This document shows positions 10,588 to 18,614 of a stretch of DNA of 64,000 nt, one piece after another. Source of the DNA: Promethearchaeota archaeon (lineage in GTDB: Archaea > Asgardarchaeota > Lokiarchaeia > Sigyniarchaeales > SOKP01); NCBI GenBank assembly GCA_019058445.1, contig JAHPZA010000007.1, forward strand, positions 20,129-84,128, given 5' to 3'. Both the position numbers and the translations under genes were made by a program. The notes under the pieces were generated by a model. That model did not search any database and was not told the origin of the DNA. It saw only the letters and a program-made list of their open reading frames with translations. The stretch's first letter is position 1. Each line of letters begins with the position of its first letter.

Positions 10588-11193
10588 ATGCCAGTAGATC
10601 CCGCAACTGCTGTTTATAATTTAATGCAAGCAGATCCTCATATTATTGCCGCAACGGTTATTTCAGGCTCAAATGAAATAATTTATACAACAGATAACTG
10701 GGATATAAGTGCGGATATAGGCAGAGTCATTTCAAGTTGGGTTGCTCAGAATGCTCAATTTATAATGGTCTCTGGAGTAAAGTATTCTATGCTACAATGT
10801 GAACCGGAAAGACTCGTTGCTACCTCTATCCGTGGTGAGGGAAGTATTGTAGCTGCAAAAGATGATGAGCATAAATTAATTGCTTATCTTGAACCGGATG
10901 GATATGCCCCTGGAGCTGCTATGGATGTACAGAGAACGATTACTTCAATGAGTTCTAGATCGCACTATATGGGAGATGATGCTCAATTAGGTAAAAGTAT
11001 GCCTGCTGCAGCTTCGGCATCTCCAAGCATAGATCCTCAATTAAAAGGGGAAATTGAAGCATTTTTAGAATGGATCAAAGATACTGATGGACTTTCGGGC
11101 TATATAAATTATTATTTGCAGCAAAATAATGCCCAAATAATATCTGAGCTCTCAAAAATTTATAGTGAGTTAAGGCAGATTTTTGGAGTTTAA
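10588..11193 (+). CDS. Asgard profilin with C-terminal helical extension
   Basis: IIYTTDNWDI, GVKYSMLQCEPERLVATSIRGEGSIV resemble the Loki profilin core; linker plus ~55-aa helical tail. Confidence 0.8.
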   Translation: MPVDPATAVYNLMQADPHIIAATVISGSNEIIYTTDNWDISADIGRVISSWVAQNAQFIMVSGVKYSMLQCEPERLVATSIRGEGSIVAAKDDEHKLIAYLEPDGYAPGAAMDVQRTITSMSSRSHYMGDDAQLGKSMPAAASASPSIDPQLKGEIEAFLEWIKDTDGLSGYINYYLQQNNAQIISELSKIYSELRQIFGV

Positions 11194-11439
11194 CTTTTTT
11201 CTTAATTTTATGAAGTTGATATCAATTTAAGACTAGTGTAATTTTGAAGAACCAATGATATATAAGTTCAATTAAGCTTTTAATTCCTCTTTGTTAATAG
11301 GTAATGCTGTTAGGATTCAAATATTTTATTCATTACTTTGATGCCCGAAAATAACAATTATTAAATAAAATTTTTTCATTTTTTATTAAATCTTCAATTA
11401 TATCGATAAGTTTAAAATTTTATTAGCATTTTTGACCAT

Positions 11440-12516
11440 ATGGAAGTTGGCGTTATAGCTGCAAGTGGTTATGCCGGTGGAGAGGCTGTTAGGTTACTAA
11501 GTTATCATCCTAATGTGGACTTAACATACATAACCTCTCGGAAACTAATCTCTAAATATTTTCATTCAATTTATCCAAATTTTCGAAAAATCTCTAATCT
11601 GAAATTTGAGGAATATAATGTTGAAAAGGCAAAAGAAAAATGTGATATTGTATTTTTAGCGGTTCCTCATGGAGTTTCACAAGATATGGTTCCTGGATTA
11701 TTAGAAGCAGGGTTAAAAGTAATAGATTTAAGTGCGGATTTTCGCTTAAAAGATAAAACAATTTATCAACACTATTATAAAAAGGAACATTCTCATCCTG
11801 AACTCTTAGATAACGCAGTCTATGGCTTACCTGAATTACATCGTGAAGAGATTAAAAATGCAAATTTAATAGCAGTGGCAGGATGTCATGCTTCAAGCGC
11901 TATTTATGGTCTATATCCCTTAGTTAATGAGAATTTAATTGAAGTAAGTAATATTATAGTTGATTCGAAAACCGGATCTTCTGGCTCTGGCGCAGGCTTT
12001 AATGAATCAACTCACCATCCGATTAGAGCTAATAGCATTCGACCATATAAGATGACCGGCCATAGACATACTGCAGAAATAGAACAAGAATTAACATGTA
12101 TTCTTCAAAAAAATAAAAAACTAAATCAACAAGTTAAAGTGGGATTTTCTGCACATGGCGTCAATTTAGTACGAGGAATCTTGTCTACGTCCCATGTTTT
12201 TTTTAATGAAACACAAGAAATTGATGAGAAAATATTATTTAAAGCATATAGGATGGCGTATGATAAAGAACCATTTATACGATTAATTAATCAAAAAATA
12301 GGAACTTTTAGATTACCCGATCCAAAACTAATTAGCGGAACGAACTATTCAGATGTAGGGTTCCAAATTGATAAGAGAATGAATCGAATAGTAGTTTTAT
12401 GTACACTTGATAATTTAGTTAAAGGAACTGCTGGAAATGCTGTTCAATGCATGAATATAATGTGTGGGTTCCCCGAACGTTCCGGACTTGAATTTCCGGG
12501 ATTTTTCCCGTTATAA
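11440..12516 (+). CDS. argC: N-acetyl-gamma-glutamyl-phosphate reductase (ArgC/LysY family)
   Basis: ASGYAG, DLSADFRL, AVYGLPEL, GC, HRH..EI, DNLVKG.AG.AVQ. Confidence 0.93.
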   Translation: MEVGVIAASGYAGGEAVRLLSYHPNVDLTYITSRKLISKYFHSIYPNFRKISNLKFEEYNVEKAKEKCDIVFLAVPHGVSQDMVPGLLEAGLKVIDLSADFRLKDKTIYQHYYKKEHSHPELLDNAVYGLPELHREEIKNANLIAVAGCHASSAIYGLYPLVNENLIEVSNIIVDSKTGSSGSGAGFNESTHHPIRANSIRPYKMTGHRHTAEIEQELTCILQKNKKLNQQVKVGFSAHGVNLVRGILSTSHVFFNETQEIDEKILFKAYRMAYDKEPFIRLINQKIGTFRLPDPKLISGTNYSDVGFQIDKRMNRIVVLCTLDNLVKGTAGNAVQCMNIMCGFPERSGLEFPGFFPL

Positions 12517-12584
12517 CTGTTAAAGTTATTCTTATCTTCCCTTAATGTTAACCCTTAAATTTTATATCATTGAAGTAAGATCCC

Positions 12585-12803
12585 TTACGAGAGAAAAAAG
12601 CTCATCAGTATAACAATTAATATTGGAATTAGACATAACAAACCAACACATCCCACGAAACTATTTCTCCATTTTACATAATGATTTGGGTCCAAAATTA
12701 TACCACAATTAGGACATTGCTTGAGTGTAGGATTATTAATTTCTGTATTGCAATTATAACATTCAAAGATATCACTTTGATCATTAGGTTTTAGATTTGA
12801 CAT
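12585..12803 (-). CDS. zinc-ribbon membrane protein
   Basis: CYNC, CPNC and a C-terminal TM helix. Confidence 0.7.
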   Translation of the reverse strand: MSNLKPNDQSDIFECYNCNTEINNPTLKQCPNCGIILDPNHYVKWRNSFVGCVGLLCLIPILIVILMSFFLS

Positions 12804-12911
12804 ATAACAAGAATTCCTAAACTTGATATTTTGGAGTTTATTATTATACTATAATACTTAAATAAAATATAATTTTAAAAGAATTGCTAAAAATAGGTAT
12901 GAAAATTTAAA

Positions 12912-13715
12912 ATGTCCGGATACATCGGTAAAAGTATTAGAATGGAAAGAATTATGAATAGGGAAAACGGAAAAGCAATTATCATCCCAATGGATCATGG
13001 ATTAACCGTTGGACCCATCAAGGGAATTGAAAATAATTTGGGGGAATTAGTGAATAAGGTTGCCTTAGGTGGGGCGAATGCTGTATTAGGTCATATAGGA
13101 ATTCCATTATATGCGCACAGAGGGTATGGTCCTGATATCGGGTTGATATTACATCTCTCAGGATCAACCTCATTAAGTCCAATGTCAAATTATAAAGTGT
13201 TAGTAAATAATGTATTAGAGGCCGTTAAATTAGGGGCTGATGGAGTTTCGCTCCATATTAACATAGGGACTCAAGCTGATCCAGAGATGCTTGAAACTCT
13301 AGGCAGCGTTTCAAGAGAATGCAGGGAATATGGAATGCCTCTCTTGGCGATGATGTATCCTAGAGGCGAAAATATAAAGGATGAATATGATGTTCAAGTT
13401 GTAAAGATTGCTGCGAGGGTTGCTGCCGAATTAGGTGCCGATATTGTAAAAACAAATTGGACGGGAGATCCAGATTCCTTTAAAGAGGTGGTTAAGGGAT
13501 GCATGGCTCCGGTTATCATCGCAGGAGGAGAAAAGGCAGGAATAAGAGGGATATTAGAAATCACAAAGCAATCAATAGAAGTAGGTGGTGCTGGCGTAGC
13601 GTATGGCAGAAACGTTTTTCAAGCCGAAGATCCTACAAAAGTGGTAAAAGCCTTGTATTTAATTGTAAATAAAAATTATGAGGTAGATGAGGCCTATAGA
13701 GAAGCAAAGCTTTAA
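12912..13715 (+). CDS. DhnA-family class I aldolase, probably 2-amino-3,7-dideoxy-D-threo-hept-6-ulosonate synthase
   Basis: [35 protein letters not shown]. Confidence 0.85.
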   Translation: MSGYIGKSIRMERIMNRENGKAIIIPMDHGLTVGPIKGIENNLGELVNKVALGGANAVLGHIGIPLYAHRGYGPDIGLILHLSGSTSLSPMSNYKVLVNNVLEAVKLGADGVSLHINIGTQADPEMLETLGSVSRECREYGMPLLAMMYPRGENIKDEYDVQVVKIAARVAAELGADIVKTNWTGDPDSFKEVVKGCMAPVIIAGGEKAGIRGILEITKQSIEVGGAGVAYGRNVFQAEDPTKVVKALYLIVNKNYEVDEAYREAKL

Positions 13716-13761
13716 TTTTTTTTTTAGTTTAGTTAATTAAATAAAAAATCTCATCAGAATA

Positions 13762-14124
13762 ATGATACCCCTAGTAAAAAAAGATATTTTAATTGAGAAT
13801 TTAAAAATTTATCTGGTCTTATTTAAGTTACATAATAGTTTCCTCTTGTTAATTTCTGATCAAAAAGAGATGGGCCTTGGAAATGTGACTCTGGGAAGCC
13901 CTCCATTGACCGAGGGATTAAAATCAATTTCAGCATCTTATAACTTATTCGGTGTTGATAAAAAATTATTAAGTACCATAATTTCTGAGAAAGCGTCTCA
14001 TATTTTGAAAAAACCCGTTTTATTACTCCTTTTCTTAAGAGATAAAATAAAAGAGGAAGAAATTGCAAAATCCCTTTTGAATTTTTTAATTGAAATTTTG
14101 ACAGAAATAGTTGAAAAAGATTAA
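13762..14124 (+). CDS. PAC4-like proteasome assembly chaperone (putative)
   Basis: NSFLLLISD, LGNVTL, LFG, KKPVLL pattern. Confidence 0.5.
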   Translation: MIPLVKKDILIENLKIYLVLFKLHNSFLLLISDQKEMGLGNVTLGSPPLTEGLKSISASYNLFGVDKKLLSTIISEKASHILKKPVLLLLFLRDKIKEEEIAKSLLNFLIEILTEIVEKD

Positions 14125-14192
14125 AATTAGAGAATTATTATATAAACATATAATATTCCGAGATCGCTGGTTAATAGTTAAAATCTCTTCAA

Positions 14193-14352
14193 GCAGGGAT
14201 AACCAAGCCTGGTCAACGGTGCCGGACTCTATTGAGATTTATTCTCATAAGCTGGACTCAAGATCTTTAAAAATTAATTTCCGTTGATATACCAACTCTG
14301 ATGAGATATCCGGTCTCATAGGAGTACGTGGGTTCGAATCCCACTCCCTGCA
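14193..14352 (+). tRNA. tRNA-Leu(CAA), two introns (14228-14257 at 32/33; 14263-14307 at 37/38)
   Basis: GCAGGGA/TCCCTGC acceptor stem, long variable arm, GTTCGAAT; two BHB motifs give the mature arm CCGGA-CTCAAGA-TCCGG. Confidence 0.85.
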
Positions 14353-14358
14353 TCTAAT

Positions 14359-14476
14359 GCGGGAATTGCCAAGTCTGGTTAATGGTGTTTTCGAGCTTTT
14401 TCGAAAGCCGACTTGAGGCGCTGGACTTAGAATCCAGTCTTGTAGAAGTTCGGGGGTTCAAATCCCTCTTCCCGCA
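14359..14476 (+). tRNA. tRNA-Leu(TAG) with D-loop intron (~14383-14415)
   Basis: GCGGGAA/TTCCCGC acceptor, CTGGA-CTTAGAA-TCCAG; hairpin insert before the 3' D-strand. Confidence 0.9.
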
Positions 14477-14648
14477 TAAAAATATTAAAAATGATGAGGG
14501 TAATTATTTTCTTGTTTGAAACTCATAATGGAAAATTTTTAATTTCTTAATTGATTTAAACATCTACCTAGCAAACTAGTTAATTATGATTTTTTTAAAG
14601 GAAAAACCTTAGTTAACTATCATTCTAAAATTTGCTGGTATTTACACA

Positions 14649-14753
14649 GCTCTCGTAGTGTAGCTCGGCCAAAGTCTCCTTGATTCCAAAGGTGACAGCG
14701 AGGCATGCTAGGCTTTCACCCTGGTGACCCGGGTTCAAATCCCGGCGAGAGCA
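14649..14753 (+). tRNA. tRNA-Glu(TTC) with D-loop intron (~14673-14702)
   Basis: GCTCTCG/CGAGAGC acceptor, CTAGG-CTTTCAC-CCTGG, CCGGG-TTCAAAT-CCCGG. Confidence 0.9.
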
Positions 14754-14789
14754 TCCAACGCTTTATGCGTTTATGCATTGGAAAACCAA

Positions 14790-14956
14790 GCCTCCGTAGC
14801 TCAGTTAGGTAGAGCACTGAGTATTAATCATGCTCAGCCCGCCCAAAGCACCCGGCTTTCATAATTGATTACCAGTATGACCGGAAGTTAACCGGGCGGT
14901 CGCATGTTCGATCCATTAGTGATTCGAATTCCGATTCGCTGGATAAGCCGGGGGCG
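14790..14956 (+). tRNA. tRNA-Asn(GTT) with three introns (~14813-14846 D-arm; 14858-14886 at 33/34; 14917-14946 at 63/64)
   Basis: GCCTCCG/CGGGGGC-G acceptor; removing the inserts restores CCCGG-CTGTTAA-CCGGG and GCATG-TTCGATC-CATGC. Confidence 0.85.
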
Positions 14957-15128
14957 TACTTTATTCCCTATTGCTTTTTATTTTAAAAATTTGATCTTTC
15001 CTGCACGACCATCATTTTTTCTTTATATATTTTCAAAATATTCAACAATAAATTTTCTACTTAAAAATAGCATAATAACCATTTCAATCGTAAATTTAGA
15101 GATTAATTCGATATTAATAGGTGATTCA

Positions 15129-15467
15129 ATGGAAGGAGGAAAGAAAGGATATATAGTACTCTGGATATTCATGGGAATAATTTTATTTATAACTATACTT
15201 TATCCCATTTTTGGCATAAATTTAAAATATCAGATTGGAACTGCTATAAGCACAACGCTTATAAAATTAGGAAGCATTTTGATTATGGTAGGGACTATAA
15301 TCCTTATTTTAGGCTTTATTATGTTATTTATCTCTGGGACAGGTTCAGGAGCGTTAAAACCAATGTTAATCGGGTTCTTTTTAATAGTTCTGGGAGTAAT
15401 ACTTATTGATCCGATGGGTACAAGCTATTTCACTCAAGGCAGAGAGGCCCCGAAAGGATATCATTAA
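15129..15467 (+). CDS. small membrane protein with VirB2/CedA-like hairpin (true start ATG 15129)
   Basis: GGTGAT Shine-Dalgarno before MEGGKK; three hydrophobic segments; the longer ORF overlaps tRNA-Asn. Confidence 0.75.
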   Translation: MEGGKKGYIVLWIFMGIILFITILYPIFGINLKYQIGTAISTTLIKLGSILIMVGTIILILGFIMLFISGTGSGALKPMLIGFFLIVLGVILIDPMGTSYFTQGREAPKGYH

Positions 15468-15564
15468 TATTAATTAGAATTATGTTAATTCTGCCTTGAA
15501 TAAAAAATAACATAGTGTTTTTTAGAGATAAAAGTCAAATTCCCACATAAAAAATTCAACAAAT

Positions 15565-15798
15565 TCATACTCTAAAATATCTTAAACCGGTATATAATCC
15601 TGTCATCCACACAAGCATTATACCCGAAACAATAAGTAAAACAGCGTAGCGTTTTGCAAAACGTCCTCCAATAATCAACAATACAAATCCAGCAATAAGG
15701 CCCAAAAAACCTAATAGTGAAGCAAAAGCAATTAAAAATTGAATTGCATCCGCTACTCTTGAAAAATACCCTGTGTAAATCATTTTAAATTTCCTCAT
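15565..15798 (-). CDS. small two-helix membrane protein, VirB2/CedA1 pilin-like
   Basis: hydrophobic helix - GGRFAKRY loop - hydrophobic helix. Confidence 0.7.
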   Translation of the reverse strand: MRKFKMIYTGYFSRVADAIQFLIAFASLLGFLGLIAGFVLLIIGGRFAKRYAVLLIVSGIMLVWMTGLYTGLRYFRV

Positions 15799-15902
15799 AT
15801 TTTAGGGACGCGAAGTATTGTACTTAAGAAGAAGTTAAGTTGAATATATTTAAAAGAAAAATATTGATCTCTTTTAAGTGATATTTCAAACTAATCTGCT
15901 AT

Positions 15903-16700
15903 CTAGTAATATTCGGATAACTTATTATTAACTTTCTCATGAATTTCTCTACAAATATCGGTTTTAATTTCATCTGGCACATATTGCATATAAGATTCTA
16001 CTGTGTGGTTAATAATGGGCTTAATACTGGCCATAAATTTTTCAATTTTGACTTCCTTTGCGAGATATAGTTTTTCGTAAGTATTTATATAGGACCTATT
16101 TAATGTTTTTAGCCAAGTCTGCCCTATAGATTCCAGATTTTTTCTAATTTGAATTGATTTTTTATCATTATAATTTTCAAACACCCAATCATATTTTTCA
16201 AAAACCTCACTAAAATGATCTAAAATGTAGTCCTGAATTCTTAAACTCAAATCGGTATTCGCATTCAAAAAGACGATAATCATGTAATTTTTATCTTGAA
16301 AAAATATTTTTATTTTTATGTTAGTACCGCCAATTCCAACATGCCGCAGATTTTCAATTTTTACATTTTCAGCAAATCCAATCAACGAGCTAAGATACAT
16401 TGAGATAAAATCTGAAAGATCATCCTGATCTTGATTTAAATATTTTTCAATTGGACCAAATCTATTTCTACTATTTCCATCATATTCATATGTTAGTATT
16501 GAGATTCCAGCTTTATTAGATAGTATAATACCGATAATTGGGGGGATTTGATTAAAGTTAAATAAAGATAAAAATGCTCTCCTTGAATTGAGTTCACTTC
16601 CAATAAGAAATTTGTCGTAATCATAAGGAATATTAGAACTATTATCAATAACTGGCAAGTTATTTAGAGGTTTTTCAAACTTATGATCTAATGCTCTCAT
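15903..16700 (-). CDS. longin/roadblock-like domain protein
   Basis: IIGIILSNKAGISIL, helix DFISMYLSSLIGFAE, three strands ending YMIIVFL, helix. Confidence 0.55.
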   Translation of the reverse strand: MRALDHKFEKPLNNLPVIDNSSNIPYDYDKFLIGSELNSRRAFLSLFNFNQIPPIIGIILSNKAGISILTYEYDGNSRNRFGPIEKYLNQDQDDLSDFISMYLSSLIGFAENVKIENLRHVGIGGTNIKIKIFFQDKNYMIIVFLNANTDLSLRIQDYILDHFSEVFEKYDWVFENYNDKKSIQIRKNLESIGQTWLKTLNRSYINTYEKLYLAKEVKIEKFMASIKPIINHTVESYMQYVPDEIKTDICREIHEKVNNKLSEYY

Positions 16701-16893
16701 TGTTGATTAATATAAAATACAAAATTCGCTTATAAGAAGAATAGACAGAAAGTTTTGTAATTTGAAAATCCTATAATTTTTTCGTGAAATGCGGGTTTCA
16801 TGAAGATTTATATATATCCCGATATTACCAATTTAAATTATTTTTGTATGAAGAGTCTTTTTTTTTTAAATATCTTGGATTTAACAATGATTA

Positions 16894-18429
16894 ATGAGAG
16901 CACGTAATAAAACTGTAGTTATGTCAAAGGTTGAAAATTGGATTCAGAAAGGATCAAAATATGTCGAATTAGGTGATTTCAAAAGTGCTATTGAAATTTT
17001 TCAAAAAGGATTAAAAGATGAGCCAGAGAATGAGAAACTTTTACTCAATCTTGGGAATTTATATGATGATATAGGGGATTATAATAAAGCAATTGACGTA
17101 TATAAAAAAATTTTAGGGATGGATGATCAAAATAAAACTGTTTGGTATAATTTAGGAAATTCCTTAAGGAAAAATAAAGAATTTTACTCTGCTATTAAAG
17201 CGTATAAAAGAGTTATTGAAATAGACGTTTACCAATTGAATGCATGGAATAATCTAGGTTGTGTTTATTACGAGATTGGAGAAAAAGAAAATGCTATTGA
17301 TATACTCAAAAAAACTTTAAATGTAGATTCAAATTACAAATTAGCCTGGTATAACCTTGCTTGTATATATTCCCAAATGCGAGAGTATGATAAATCTATT
17401 CAAATTTTTAAAAAAGCAATAGAAATTGATCCAGGATACAAAAAGGCATGGGATAAGCTAGAGATTGTTTATAAGAGAAAAAATGAATTCACATTTGATT
17501 TAAAAAATATAAAAATTCTTAGGGGTGGAGATTGGAAAGTTGAAGGAGATAACAGTATTTTTTATTTTAAAGTAAAAATAATAAATAACTCACAATATCT
17601 TCTTTCTAATATCCAAATAATACTCACTTCAAAACCTAAAGGATTGAAAATAAAACGTGATAGAATTCAAATCGAATCACTTAATCCTCATTCATTTATT
17701 GCTCCAAGATTTAAATTTAAGGCGAAAGAAAGCTGTGTAGGAGAAATAATAAAGGGAATGACATTATTTATTGATTATCTTGGAAATAGTCATACAATTG
17801 AAATTAAACCATTTAGAATAAAGTATGTATGCAATTTGCTTGTCAAGAAAAAAGTTACCAAAGATGTTTTCTATGAAAAAGTATCGAAGATGGATGGCAA
17901 TAGGATATTATTTGATTGTAAAGGCCAAATTGAAGATATAAATAATATAATTTCAGATATTTTAAAAAAAAATAATTTTTATTTATTAAAACAATTACCA
18001 GATTATCAAAAAGGAGGTTATAGAAAATTAGAGGGTTTTGCGCAGGGAAAATATGATAATAAAGAGGTAGCACTAGCGGTTTATTTAGAACAGAAGTTAA
18101 ATGAACATACTCAACTAATAATTGATGCAATGAGTGAAGATAAAGCCAAAACAATCGATATTTTAAGAGATATAAGCTCGCAATGTAATGAGATAAAGAT
18201 TAGTACAGAATTAATTAAGGAATACACATCGAAAATAGAGGAAATATTTGAAAGGGTTGACGATCTCGAGTCTTTTCTGATTAAAAATCTCGGTTCAGAT
18301 TGGACAAAAGTGAGATATGCTTGGCAAGAATATAAAGAAGGTATAATAGACAAAAAACAATTAATTAAAGAATTTATTAAAGTATTAGGCAAAAAATTCA
18401 TTCTAGCTTTAGTTAAGAAGTTTATCTAG
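16894..18429 (+). CDS. TPR-repeat protein with adaptin-appendage-like (Ig plus platform) C-terminus
   Basis: about five TPRs (W.NLG..Y...A...Y/FKK); beta-rich VKIINNS..LSNIQI..IESLNP segment followed by an alpha/beta domain. Confidence 0.75.
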   Translation: MRARNKTVVMSKVENWIQKGSKYVELGDFKSAIEIFQKGLKDEPENEKLLLNLGNLYDDIGDYNKAIDVYKKILGMDDQNKTVWYNLGNSLRKNKEFYSAIKAYKRVIEIDVYQLNAWNNLGCVYYEIGEKENAIDILKKTLNVDSNYKLAWYNLACIYSQMREYDKSIQIFKKAIEIDPGYKKAWDKLEIVYKRKNEFTFDLKNIKILRGGDWKVEGDNSIFYFKVKIINNSQYLLSNIQIILTSKPKGLKIKRDRIQIESLNPHSFIAPRFKFKAKESCVGEIIKGMTLFIDYLGNSHTIEIKPFRIKYVCNLLVKKKVTKDVFYEKVSKMDGNRILFDCKGQIEDINNIISDILKKNNFYLLKQLPDYQKGGYRKLEGFAQGKYDNKEVALAVYLEQKLNEHTQLIIDAMSEDKAKTIDILRDISSQCNEIKISTELIKEYTSKIEEIFERVDDLESFLIKNLGSDWTKVRYAWQEYKEGIIDKKQLIKEFIKVLGKKFILALVKKFI

Positions 18430-18558
18430 ATTTTTTTTTCACTTATATTTTGCCTATTATAGTTTATTTTTAATTTAAAGGATAAATCTTCAATCTAATT
18501 TTTACTAAACTTAGAACTGAAATTTTTAATGTAGATATTATTCTTTATCTAATACGGA

Positions 18559-18577
18559 TTTTGTCGGAGTTTTTATA
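18559..18577 (+). promoter_or_regulatory. TTTTGTCGG motif plus TATA box upstream of the ATPase operon
   Basis: TTTTGTCGG-AG-TTTTTATA, same spacing as at 23558. Confidence 0.55.
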
Positions 18578-18614
18578 TTTAATTCTAAATTATTTTATAA
18601 AATTTAGCAGATTA

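Noticed and set aside
14221-14313. Amber suppressor or pyrrolysine tRNA (CTA anticodon) with one long intron
   Set aside because: Position 37 would be T and the BHB helix has a mismatch; the two-intron Leu(CAA) model gives two good BHBs and a Leu-type body
14851-14896. A second tRNA-Glu(TTC) read from CCCGG-CT-TTC
   Set aside because: The TTC belongs to a BHB-bounded intron; the acceptor stem and G discriminator fit Asn(GTT)
14904-15128. N-terminal 75 aa of the 187-aa ORF
   Set aside because: Overlaps tRNA-Asn and its T-rich trailer; an SD-preceded ATG lies at 15129
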